Positions 1 to 13,904 are shown, numbered from the stretch's first letter. The stretch is DNA of 64,000 nucleotides from Ophelia neglecta (GCA_965285935.1 OZ260661.1:43214001-43278000); one strand, 5' to 3'. Notes: generated by a model from the sequence alone, not told the origin. Made by a program: numbers and translations.

Positions 1-3000
1 CTAGCTGGCTACTTTTTTTTGCTCCAGCGCAGTGCGTATAACCAAGCTAGGTTGATACTCTGGCAAAAATGGCTTCTCCAACTGGCTCATTAAGCTTGAT
101 ATGGATTGTCCCCATCAGAGCCTGGCCATGGCCATCATTGATTCTTAGATCAGCGGTTGGCTTGCTTTTCATGCGATTATGTACGGGTCATTCCCTTATA
201 GATCCATCCTCCAGTAGGTGAACCCATGTGCCTCCAAGGCAGAATAGGCCTATTTGTAATCAGTTTCAAATCATGATTAAAAAGCCTGAATATTATTATA
301 CTGATCAAAGGTTGTGCTGAACAAAGGCACATTAAACTCTCTCCTAAACCATGGAAGCATTTACTGAACAGAAAACACCACAGTTTGAAAATACTCGCTT
401 CAACTGAGCTTTAAACAATAAAATACTTGAAAGTATAACAAGGTTATCAACTGAATGAAACATCTGATCAGTGTGATACACATGTATGTACCTACCAACT
501 GTGCATGCAAGCACCCTTGAAAATGGTGTGTAATGTGTTTTTATGGTACTTAATGGATGACTGATTGAGAAGGAACACTCACATTATCACATTCTTCACA
601 TACATATCCCTGTCATAGTACCTTATATTAAACAATTAATATAAATTAATGATAAATATCAAGCATGTATATCCTAGGATAATATTGATTAAATATGCAT
701 ATGTTTATAGATCCAAAACCTATATATATACACTATATGTATAATGAACTAAGTTTCTGTGTACATATAGTATCAGTCAAACAACATAACAAGGACCTTG
801 ATATCTTTAAGCTGACAGTAGATGGCAGATTACCATATGCTTAACATACAACAGTAGAAATATCAAGTATTAAAAAATAGTCTGGCATATGCACCAAGGT
901 AAGTATGGCTGTAGATAAGAGTATTATTGAACCCTTCCAGCAGAGGAGCTGTGGCCTCGCATTCACCGCCATCTGTAGGCAATACAGGCCCCACTACAAG
1001 CCTGTGTGGTGAAGGCTCCCACCTGGTTTTGATGACTTGTCTGAATTAACTGGCTGTGACACTGTTCCAGGTGGTTTCCATTGTTAATTTCACTAGTTAT
1101 CTCTGCTTTTCTCTGACCTTCCAGTTTGTCACACACTCTATCTCCTCATCGTAAACATTCTTCACATTTTAACTCAGTTCCTGTTGGCATATGTCTCTTT
1201 AACTAACTTTAAGCATACTTGTATGGCAACCAAAACTGTCTACTAATCATTAATTAATGTGGTAATTTAACCAGTCAGCTTATCTGTGCTCTAATGATAA
1301 CTGATTGATATGATTATCAGAATCTGAATGCCTTACATATATGGGAAATATATTTAAATCAGCTATTCAACCAGTCACACTTGCATAAACACAAAGAAAG
1401 ACAAATTATAATGGGGTGAGTGGTTGAAAAAAACATTAATAAACAAGCATGAAAGCTTGAACTCAAGCATTTCAGAAAGAAAAACAGAAAAAAGGCATAG
1501 GTGTTTGGTAACACCCATTTTGATAATTATTTTAATTCTGTTTAAAAAAAACCCGGATACATGTCCTGCTAACCTCAAAATATAAAACATTTTTCCAGAA
1601 TAATGTTCGCCACTTCATATCTTACTCTGCAGTGGGTATTTATTTAGACATTATTCAGTTATATTGGTTTCTGACCAATACAATCTGTTCTGGTTCCCCA
1701 GTAGATACCCATCATTATGAACAGAGATTTCTTTCATAGTGATAACAAAGAGGCAGTGTCCAAAAGCTTTTTGACCCTTTCTTGGGGAATTATAATGAAC
1801 TGTATAGTACAAGGAAACTACCGGTAAGTTGTACCTTCAGAATCAAGCCTATAATGTACTTGCTAATATCAAAGTGCTTTGTTTGACTGCTGGCGGTCAT
1901 TCAAGCGCCCTTCAGCATAATTTTTGCATATGTATAAGTATTTGGAATAAGTTTGGGACTTCTTAACGGTTTGTGGCTACAGTTGCTTGGCTGTATGGTA
2001 ATTTGGCCAAACGGTAGGGGATGGTTGTTAGGCCTTAAATGAAGCAGGCCTAGCGCTGGTCTTGCCTATGCTCTGCAGGGGCTGGTATTATTAGAGTAAT
2101 CAGCCGAGAGACCAGTACGCATACACTCTGAGGCCCCAAGTCCTGGGGCTAGGTTAGATTGAACATTCAGCTGAGCAGGAGTATCTCCCAAATGAAGCAC
2201 AAAATGTTGCAAATGAGGTCTAGTAGAGCTGGATTAAAGATAAGTTTGATAAAGTGAGCCGCTGCTTTAAATAGATTGAGTCCCAAAAGTTGGAATCGGC
2301 ATGTTTTCCATTAAAATGTCCACAGACATTGTTGGTAAGTAACCAGCCCCAACTCCCTGAACTAATATTTGCTGATATTGCCCTTAGCTATTGAAGTGGA
2401 AATGGACACTCCTCTATATATAAGCATTTCAATATTACCCATTCTGGGTTGAGGTGACACCACCATTTATAATTTTCATCATCACAGATTGCCTCATTTG
2501 ATGGCCGATACAGTAAGAATGTCTCCTTGAAGGGCCTCTCCACCTCCCTGTATAACTAACCATTAATGCGGAAATTGGAATGGAAATTTAGCGTCCAGTC
2601 ATGTGCTGTTCAATGCACAGCAGAAGAAATATTCTGGCCTATCCCTAGGCTATCATCAGCAAGTATTTCAAGCTGGCTACAAAGGGAAATATCCATCATG
2701 GCGGCATGCTTCTGTCAAGGCATCTCATTTAAGTTTACGGTGGTTCATGCAATATCAGCCTGACTGGCAATATATGTACACCCACCATCATGGCTAATTG
2801 TACACAACTTTAAGACATGCAAACATCTAGAGTATCATTTGCTAAGGTATATGACTGCATGTACATGTTCAAAACTTGGTAGATCAATTGATATAAAGAC
2901 AACAATATTTCCAAATTATGGCCAACCCTCTGCTTTAGAGATAATTGCCTACTTTAAAATGAATTATTCATTAGGGACATGTTACCTTTTGCAGCAATTA

Positions 3001-6000
3001 GAATTTCTAGCATCTTTATTGACATAACTTACATCTGATTAAGTATAGTAAATAGTCGCAAAATTGACAAGAAGAAGCTAAAATCTTATATTAGTCTCTG
3101 AATAATGCATGTTTTGGCTGTAGTAATGCCTGACTATCATATAATGATCCATATGGTAATACCCAAGAACCACCACACCACCATTCAAAAAGGGATCTAA
3201 CAAAACGGAATCAATTATTGTTACAAATACACCCACTTCAAATAAAATTTATAAACATAAAAAAAGCACCATAAGATCTAATATAAATAGAAAACCTATA
3301 TGGGTCTTTTGAAGCCCAACATAAACATGTAATTAGTAATAGGAGATAAGTTAATTGGTACTCTACATTAATAGAATATACAAGTAGATATATGATGCTT
3401 GATGTCAATGATGATAGCTGTTGGAGGATATCATTATGGTGTGGAGAAGAGAAGGTAAGTGACTTATCATATGTCCAAATTGTATTAATATTTCAGAAGT
3501 TGCACGGTGATTATAAATCAGCACACCTTTTTTCTCTACATGGTGAATACATGTATCAGTGTATGGGAAATGGCTCGAGCACACTGCCACCACTATGTAA
3601 TCTACACCAACCCTATATCTACACAAATATTTGTAATCAAGATATTCCTGTTTCATCAACCTTTCAACTTATAACCCTTTTGATGTTGATATTTCCCCTT
3701 TGATTGCCAAAGCTCAACAACAAAAAGTAAGACAAGAAAATAAATTTCATTATTACTCGTTAATTGGAGCTTTTCATTCTGGGTTCCAAAAAAAAGTACC
3801 CCAGGTACGAGTTTGTACCGCAAGTATGAATGTGTACATTTTCAGGCTGCTAATGTACTGTATGTGAGTCTGCACATATGCATGTGTATGCTTAGAGTAG
3901 AAGAGAAGATGGAAAGAAGATAGAACAAGTGTGCTTGGTTAGTATGCATTGCTGGGCTTGCTGTGCAGTGAACATGGAAAAATAAAGGAAACGAATGAAA
4001 GAGAGCCATATAGAGTTGAATTGAATACATGTTTATGTGAATGAGTAAGCTGAATGGTAATATTAAAATCATGCAGCCTGTGTTTAAATATACATAGAGC
4101 TTAATACATACATGTACAAATGTATATGCCATGTTGATTGATAAGCTTGCCTCTCCTACAGGATATATGGGTCAATTCGGAAGGTTGAGCCAAGGAACCT
4201 TTGATTGGGTTTCTGTTTGTTTGACCTTTGAAGTGTTTTTGAACAAATTCTGCACACAACAGCACATAAATGGATAAAGCGATGGTAAATGTAAATGTAC
4301 ATAGCTTGAGGCTGAATGGCAGGCTTACATTAGTATCAATCATTAAACTAAAAATCCATAGATCAAGATATGTTCAAGCATATATGATTTTAGTCATGTG
4401 GTGGAAGCCAAGCTTTGGTAGACATATAGGGGCTAGTTTGTCTCAAGACGAACACTCAATAGGGGGCAATCCAATACAAGAAGTGGCCACTTTTTATTGT
4501 TGTTCTATTCAAAATTGCTTTCACTGCAAACTAGAACTGATATTGCACGTTATAGCCACACCATTTGTTTCCCATGCAGAGTTGACAACTTTCTGTTAGA
4601 GTATTTACAAGGGAGAGCTTTCTAATTGTTCGATTGCATGAGGATTGGTTGACAATAGGGTAGTGGTAGATTGTGTCAGACACATAGCCAGAAGCTTTAG
4701 CTCAGTTCAGTGGTTGGTACGACCATTTCCACCACATGCAACTGTAAATAAGACCTGAATGACTGCCTCATTACTTTAGCTCTGTTCATTGTTCGTGGAA
4801 ATATTTCTGGCCCTCAAACTAAATCATGCTATTTTTTGGCAATCCTGTTATGCTGCATGCTTGCAATTTGTGTACGAGCTCAAAGCAGGTCATACAGCTC
4901 TAGGGTTTCCCTGTAAACTTGAACAAATTATTCTATTTAGCCAGGTAATCTCTAATAAAAATTGAACCTAATAAATCCACTGTGATAGGTCAATATAATC
5001 TCTTAATAGGACAAACTGGGGTGAAGTGATTTGTATGTACATTTGGAAAATACTGAGGACTATGCCAAGTGATTAGGGAAAACACCTTTGCCATATGCTG
5101 ACACAATCCACCATTAACACAGATTTTAAATCAACACTTCATATGATATTTTCTTTCATGTTGTCATTCTTTGAGATAAGACACAATAGTTACCCAATAT
5201 AATTGTCCTTACTCCTCTTACCCATGTTTACTTGGCTATATTCTACTACATATGTAATGTTGCATGAAGTAATTGATGCCTTCACAACCACTTATTGGTA
5301 TGCATACATCCATATCAGCATGCACAGATACACAAAATAATGACTCAGTAAAGACTGACAATGCTATGCAAATTGTTGTGTTTAGAGTATGTGGTCCAAA
5401 AGAACCACTAAAAATTACATTTTTCATCCTGCTGATGTTATTTTTCAGAAAGTAAGCAATAATGGTGCTGTATATTCAATGTGGTAAAATTATATGCACC
5501 AGTTTTATGTATTCTTTATGTATTTCTATGTGGTCATTGCTAGAAGGACTGTATGTACAGCTGATAATAGCATAGTTAGTATAGAAGCATCTATATTGGC
5601 TTTCTGCTTGAAAGCATGGCAAAATGAAACAAAGTATCCCCTGTGGCCTATTACCTAAATTATTATGAATTATACAACAATGGTGTAAGCCTCTGTGACA
5701 AGTGAATAGTGCTATGGTCTCATTATTTTTCACTTCATTTGCTGTATTGCTTCCTTCATTCAGGCATAGTGTGAGGGTTTATCCCAAAAACTGTCTCAGA
5801 ATTGTAGGCACTAAGTGCTCTGACCAATAAATCTTATAGTGTTATACTATTAAGGTCTCAGATATTCATAACTTGCTAGTTAGGGTGTTTGCTGGTTGAC
5901 ACATTGCCTTTCAAATGACCAATATTAATATTACATTTAATCATTCAGAATACAATAGAATTGTGCTGAAATAATTGTTTCCACCCACTCCTGGTCCTGC

Positions 6001-8235
6001 TCCATGGATTCTTCCTTCTGGTGATTACCACATATTTTATAAATCATGCTGGCCTGTTGCAAAGCTGGCTGGTTATCGGCTCATGCTTAGATTCTACTGG
6101 ACAATTGGTATGAAAACAATTTGCAATATGTTGTTCAATTAAACTGAGTACAGTTTTATGTACTTATTATTTAGGTTTAAGTATTGCCAGGATTTAGTGT
6201 CATTATTTGATAATATGTTGTACAGTGCGATTAATTGTCATTAATACTGCATCTGGTATTAAATATATTGTTTGCTACACACTGAGGGAATAATAATATG
6301 TCAGACCCTGGAGTAAGACTGGTATAAGGTTGTCATTCATATGTAACTATCATGATATCAAGCCAGAAACCTGGTTTGTAATTTTTTAGTAATTCTATTT
6401 ATGCAATGAACTTCTATGACCTGCTGGATTGAGTAAATTCATATCATGATTGGGGTAAAGTCCTTTAGAATATGGTTATACAGCTGTTTTATTCTATTAT
6501 AATAAACCTAATGACACTGTAATTTCCGCTAGATATTGATACAACTTGGCGCATAGGTGTGACTCAGCCAAGGAAACCTGAATATACCTATAAACCGATC
6601 CTTGGTCCATAGATGACTTAATGTTTCTCACAAAGATGACATTTAGCTAGTGCAGTGATATCACACCTATCTGGCCAAACCTCTATCTCTCTCAGGCCTT
6701 TATAGGCCTGGACCCTGTGATCTCCGTCTGCTTCTTTGGCACTAAGGACAGTAAGGTATGCTGATAGCTTGACATTAGAAAGATTTATCAGGGCAGCCTG
6801 TGGTTGTTGAGAATTCCATTTACCCCAAATGCTGTGCTGCTCCGCTTTCAACTCCTAGGCAAATTCAAGCAAGATTGTAGCAGCACCCATACCTACAAGG
6901 CTGGCGAGTGGCTAATGTATATGTACATGTATAAGCTGGACAGCTCTGGAGGCCTTCAATACTTGGCGCATGGCCAACTATTTGCGGTGGCGCTTTCCCC
7001 ATAGTTATAGGCCTGTGGACAGTACATAGCACTTGGTACTGGAGGTCTTCAATTTGTATTCTCATCTTCCTGTGAAGCTTACTTGTTAGGTTGACAAGGC
7101 AGCTGAACTTTACACCAAGCCAATCGATATGTCACCTTGGTGGTTAGTCCAGCCTCAGTCACACCTTGCTATTACAGGTAGGCCAGGGAAGCCTACGGTT
7201 ATCCATCATATGAATACTAAATCAGAATAAACATTGTAGGGGTTTAATCATTCTCTTTAATTGGCATGGATCTCCAGTCAAATGTTGCAAGCAGTTTTGT
7301 GTTTTCATTAGAAGCCTCTCTGGAATATATTGATTTCAGTGCTCATATTTATCAGATTGACAAGTTGTGTATGGGAACATACAAATCATCAGTTGCAGCT
7401 GTTAGCTGGCACATGTTAGACATACACAATATTTTCCGGGGATAAGCAGAAGTTATCGACATTCATATAAGTGTAGATAATTTCTGCTGAATAATAAGAC
7501 ATTGCTGGTATCCAGGGTATAACCTTCACACAATGTAAAATCACTCTGTATATTTCCATTGTTAGCCCTGCAATATCAGTGAGTATATTTGTTGCTGTTG
7601 GCATCCAACCTTGCAAGATCCACACATCCACACATCAGACACATTAAGGCATATTTAAGTCGGAATGATTTTGGCTCAGTTCACAGAGAGCTATGGAGGG
7701 TGTTAGCTGGGGTCAAACCCGCATATTCTTCACACTTATTATACCTTTTATCACATAATCAAACATAAATCTGAATTTATTTAATGGACTTAATAGTCCA
7801 TCCTGTGCCAAGTTTGTTGGCATGTTCATAACTTGTTCATAGGAACAAACAAGTCTAGGTAATAAACAAATACATAGAGTTGGCCGTCTGCCAGGCATTA
7901 CTACACATTACCAGGCTTTATTACAGCATGTGAAGATGGAACAATTATTCCCCTCTTTCCAATTTCATGGCCTAAAAAATAGCACAGGAGAAAAAGTGCA
8001 TGTAGGGCATGTATGACTGACTAAGCTGAGTGTGCTATTTTGGCACAACATCCTGTTCTGTGGTGTACATATATATGCCTATATCTTTGATCTGATTCTA
8101 TTTCAGGTAAATTTATATATACATGTATATATCTATAAAATTGTCAGCAGGAGTGGCAATGAGACAGACAGTGACTTATGACTGATGGGAAATGGACAAA
8201 ATGTCAAAGGGTGAACTCGCCATGTGTGTGTCTGT

Positions 8236-8266
8236 GGGGGGGGGGGGGAGGGGAGGGGGGGGGGGG
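8236..8266 (+). repeat. Poly-G tract (G-quadruplex-capable)
   Basis: 31 nt of G interrupted by two A residues. Confidence 0.9.
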
Positions 8267-11200
8267 AGTCCTGCTGATAAGTGTGGTAGATGTAATCAGT
8301 TACATTACAGGGCCACCTCATACTGATGGTGCATACTGATAATGTTTAAAGTAATTACCACATTAAACCCTATTTAAATAGGTCTGCTGAGTTTTCCTTA
8401 AGAGTCAACCCCCTTAGACAAGTAACCTGCTTATACATAGTCAAAGACATGATACTTTTGCTTGTCATAATGATAGCAGCATCAATAAAATGTAAAGTTT
8501 CAGTAGATGTTCATGGCTACTAATTAGCATGATAAAGAGTTGGATATAGCTGTCCAGCCAGTACACTTAAATATATCTTATATGGTTATACATCTCATTG
8601 TCTGGTTTGCAGTTCAGGGTTATCTCTGGGTACTGGCCATAATGAGCCTTCCCTAATGATATCATAATTAACTTAATTATAACTAATTACAGATTTAAAC
8701 TGGCTTATTAAAGAGGCCACACATTGGCAAGGATTCTGTGATGGTTGCTCCTTCAGGAACTTGTCAGCTGTCCCCTGGCAAATATGTGTGTGTACCTCCC
8801 TCCCTACATGTACATGTGAATGTCATCTTACCCCACTGAACATGTACATCCGGTACTTCGGGCACCACATATAGACCTACTTTTTGTAATCACGTTCTTT
8901 GATCAGACAGATTGGCTATCCATTATCGGGAAGTGTGCTCTAACTACCACCTATTTGAGGGGATAGTTTTGGCTTATAATTCAAGGAGTAGGTTTAAGTT
9001 GCAGGCCTGATCATTTGGTGAAACACACAATTCTCAAGCATGCTTGAGTTTTTACAGTGGAACGAATTTCTATGGTCGCCTATTACCTCATGATTATCTT
9101 TATAGCAAGTACATCTGGCGGTTTCCCAGTTTACAGATCATAAAGAAGGAATAAATCATTAATCAGGTCTATGAAGGGATGTGAAGGGCTATTTGCAGTT
9201 GTGGACGCAGGGAAAGACCGGCACAAAGAGGAGCCCAGTGAAGTACCTTACATGTAGTTTATCATTCTGGCCTTGCCATGGCTGAGCTAATAGCTGGCAA
9301 CATTCCAGCTGGCATGAAAATGCATCTTGTAATGCTCCCCTTGCACAATCTTGTACAAACAGGCCATGCCACACCACCATGTACCACCACCCCAGGCCAC
9401 CATCACCAGCAGGCCCTGGACACGAATGTGTAAAGGCACTCTCTAGTAATAATCATTAACCTACTAGTATGTCCATCTATTGTATGTCTAGCTAGTTATC
9501 ATACATTCCTGCTTATAGCATCCTATTATAACCATCATTTCTTTGACAAAAATTAATATGGGAATGCACAACCTATTAATCAGATGTGTTTCTATTGTCA
9601 GACTATTTTACTATAGGATGTAGGTGTCCCCCTTCAAGTGAACCCAGATCATCTAGTACTAGTGTATCTTGGCCTATCTCCTAGCTGCTGGGGAAAATAC
9701 ACAAACATTTGTTGGCTTTATCAGACCCGCTAAGGCGTGGTTGTGTAGTATTTCCCCTCAAACACTTTTTCTAATGCTTAACTCTTAAAGTGCTGATGAA
9801 AACAGCTTGCTGGTCGGCTGTTTATGCTGTGAGACGCCCTGGTAACAGAGATTTTGAGTGCCCACTCTCTGTTCCTTGATGAAAGCTGGCTCCTATGATG
9901 AGCTATTCTTGCCTTGATTAAGTTAAGCCCAGTGGTGTTGAATGAAAGCAATCAGGTTTGCACATTCATTTGTGCTTAAATGAAAAAGCTACTTCCCCTA
10001 CTGAATGTCCAGTTCACTGATGAACAGATAATTCCAGTCAAATAAGTAATACTGTAATAGAAGTTGAGGTGAACCATGTTTGGACTTTTTATACATTTTG
10101 CCTAAATATAGAAACCTATTTGCACAGGGTGTAAACACTTGTCAAAATGAGACTATTATATACAGTGGAAATCTAACAAGAACCTTTTGAGCAAAGCGAA
10201 GCAATCAAAGCAATAATTTCCATGATTTGTTTTACGGGTACGTTCTGGCTCATGGCCATGTACATGTAGGACTTGAAGGAGAATTATTATCAAAGAGCCA
10301 TACATATAGGCAGGTTATAATGTCTATGAAGGGCATTGACCAGTAAAATGAATGGAAGCCATTATTGATGAGTCCCATGGTTGCCACTCATTATATCAAT
10401 GTCATAATAGGCAGCTGGCTCGATATGTACATATATGTATATACTATATAGGAGCAATAAAAGTATTCTTTATTTGGCTCTAAAGTGCCATTGGATTTAA
10501 TGTAGTGTGGGCCAGTACTGAGGTGGCCGGCATCTGAGTCACCTGTCATTCTGTTAATGTTATATCCTGTAATAGTGGCAAAGCGGGCTCGATTTCTATA
10601 GTAACATAGTCCGAGATTATTCATGCAAACACACCAAGACAATATGATTACTGATTCTGATGTTTCATTAATCGCAATAATGCATTCTTTATCTGCTGTG
10701 GACAATACAAATGTTCCACCAGACAGATTCGATTGGCTAAATGCAAATTTGTTCTTCATTCTCTGTGATTTGGTAGAGAAAAGGGCAGAGCTTTGGCCAA
10801 CCTGCCAACAGCTTGAAATTGATTTAATGAAGTTGGAGTGATCTGTAAAAACTTCTTCCTTTCCAAAGTGAGTGAAATGAGGTCCCGGGCATGCAGGCAA
10901 GGTCACTGTGCAGCTGCCCGGATTTACCATCGCTCTTCATGTCAAAAGGTGTCTTTGTTCTCCCTTTTTCTATGCCTGTGTATGGCGAATATGGTAGATC
11001 TATTTGCTGCATGGCGTATAATGTTTGAGGTTTATGTTTTTGAGTTACAACTATGAGGACTATCAGTGGATGAAGTGGTTTCGCTTTGCACAAAAGTTGA
11101 GGGTTGCCAGCACCCCGCATGGCCTTTCACTGCACATGTGTGCACATGGTGTGTTTTAGCACTAACAACCTCTAACAACCAGTTTGTCTCCCTGACAGAT

Positions 11201-12552
11201 ACTTGAACTCAGCCATACAGAGAGCACCAAGCATGATATGGTATCCTGATTGTCTACACCACAGAAACTGGTCAGGTATCTAGCACCCTTGGACAAAAAG
11301 CTTCCTCGGCCTGTGTGCTTAGCAGTCAGAACAGGCGGTTTTGGACCAAGTCAGTCTGTGTGGGTGGAAAATAATGCTGAAATATAGAGGAGAGGTCACT
11401 GGTGAGATTGTTGGCTGATTTCCCTTGGATATATGTCTGAATTGGGGTGATGGCCTTAAAGTGCCTCAGGAGACTGGCTCATCCTCCCCCACCAGCTAAC
11501 AAACCACCAGCTTTATCTAAATCCTCCTAATCCAGGCTGACTGTCCACATAGTAGACACAGCACCAAACAAATGAGTAAACTTCATAAACTCACTCCATT
11601 ATTCAACATCACAGACAATGTTTGTCTAGCGGTCTTGCTGCTTTTAATTGAAGCTTTTTCTATGGCAAAAATGATTTATCAATGTGGTTGAGTCAGACCT
11701 GATTGCTTTGCCATGGCTTATTTGAAACCTGAATCCCAGTGCTTATGTTCACATATGTAATTTATATTGTACTGTAACCAAATGTATGTTATTTGTCCCA
11801 GGGAAATTACCATAGTGCCTCTTCATGCATTGATGTCATGTAATTAGTAAAGCCTGTATTGATGGTCTTGGTGCTTTAACCAAGGTATGCTGTGTTTTCC
11901 ACACAAAGATATGCAATCCATGTTTTTCCACTGAACATGATTGAGGTTCTGGCCACAGCGCAAATTGCATATTTGTAGAAACTTGTCACATAGCACCAAC
12001 AAACCCTTGGAAGAATTTGACAGAAATTAGATGGGATGATGGAACAGTTGACATTTGATAGCATTCCTATTATCTGGACTGGTTCATGTAATTGCCGATG
12101 TTGGCAGAATCTCCAATAGCCTTGCACAACAATGCACCCAAGCACATTAAACAGGTTGGTGGTACAAGGTAATGGCTGTTTGGGTAAAAATAAAACAGAA
12201 GCAGAAAATTTGTTTGTTTTGTATTGAGAAGTGGCTGCAGCTGGTAGGTGGATATGGAGACTTAGGGGTAACTTTTGCACAGTTTTTCTATGGGGGAAGG
12301 AATGGGAGGTGTACCAGAGGGCATAGGGCCCAGCTGTCCATGTATTAGGTGAACTGTTATCAATGAGCTAGGTAAGTGCCACCAAAACTAGGCAATCTAA
12401 TCACCTCACTTCCCAATTTGGTACTTTATCCCCCTGTGAATGCCCCTCACAAACTTTGAGCGATGCCCATGTACATTAAGATTTAATGGAGTGAAAAGAT
12501 AATGGTTCTTTTTTTCATGGTTTGTACACACATGTAGTTGGTATGCCAATCC

Positions 12553-12972
12553 CTCACCTAGCATTGCTGCCCTAATTTGTTTAGATATACCATACAGCTT
12601 TGGATGTGCAATTTTCTCTTTTCTCTGGTAAAACCTGTTTTCCTGGTAACATTTACAACTGTTCCCATTTTTGTGTCGAATAGATTTATTTCCTAAATGA
12701 AAAATCATTGGTGTACTAGATTAGCATGAAACATCAAGCTTAAAAATTATGGTTGTTCATCATTGTCACTGGTGTGAGAATGAGGCATCCCAGTGCATTG
12801 GGATAACACAATTTTGCTAAAACCATAGAAAGGATATACTGTGTTCCATTTTTGCACATTTGTGATATTTATTTGAAAGTACCATTAATCAAAAAAGATA
12901 GAATGTTTCTGTAGTTAATTTTATCACATCAATTTAGATTAAACACATTAAAATGGGCTGCAATGTGGTTAA
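12553..12972. mobile_element. Possible old piggyBac-like MITE (about 420 bp)
   Basis: Imperfect inverted ends: CATTGCTGCCC-TAATTTGTTTA (12562-12583) versus TAAACACATTA-aaat-GGGCTGCAATG (12940-12965). The right end is followed by TTAA at 12969-12972; the left TTAA is not intact. Confidence 0.4.
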
Positions 12973-13064
12973 CCAACAATATAAATCTTTCTAAAATAAT
13001 ATAGATGTACCCAGTACAGTACTTATCATGATGCCTTCCACATGCATGTAACTTTGTTCATGTA

Positions 13065-13241
13065 CAGTAAAACCTGACAATTAGGGACAGCCAAGGGACT
13101 GGAAAATCTGTACTCTTTTCTCAGTTGTCCTTATTTCACAGGTTACTTTACATGTAAAGTATTACAACTGTACTAAAAACAATGTCCTTAATAGTCAGTG
13201 TGTCCCTAATTGTCAGGTGTCCTTTAGGCCAGGTTTTACTG
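13065..13241. mobile_element. Non-autonomous Tc1/mariner (pogo/Tigger-like) MITE, 177 bp
   Basis: Terminal inverted repeats CAGTAAAACCTG (13065) and CAGGTTTTACTG (ends 13241), flanked by TA on both sides (13063-64, 13242-43). Sub-terminal inverted repeat ACCTGACAATTAGGGACA / TGTCCCTAATTGTCAGGT. Central 18-bp palindrome TACTTTACATGTAAAGTA. No coding capacity. Confidence 0.9.
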
Positions 13242-13904
13242 TATATGTGTATGAAAAGTTATTAGTGTCAGAATCTTTGATGCCTTTTCTGTGGTGAATT
13301 AAAAGAGCAGTTGTGTGTTTGTTAAGTTAAGGCCTGATGATTCGATTGAACATTGGGATAAGATTTTTCTAATGATATATATTGATATAAAAAAAATATG
13401 ACATAAAAGTGGGAAAATTAATGACAAAGTCCTTTGATTTCTATGAAACAAAATGTCAGCATTTGCTGGGCATCTATATTTCAAACACTGTAATATGCAC
13501 AATGCTAGCATTTTTATTACTCATTGCCCTCAGAATATCATGTGATGAAAGCAAAATGCTTTTATCTTTTAGAAATATAACATAAAGCCTATAATTGATC
13601 AAGTTGTTTATGAGTTTGTTTAAAAGCTTGTTAAATATATTCACATTTCCAGGTCACTTTTTGTTTTCCATAGAACAAATGAACAGATGTCCCTTGTGTA
13701 ACTTTATCATAAAGATTCCAGGGGTTCACTGCACACAAACCTTTATGACAATAGTGTGCCTATGTTTACTTGGCACAGTCTGCTAGCTCATGTTATGCCT
13801 AACGTTTGTTCTAAAGATAAAGTTATCACACTCAATCCGTAATATACATAAGAAATAGCAATTTTAAAGTATGAAGGTGTATGCCCTCCCTATCAATAAG
13901 ACAT

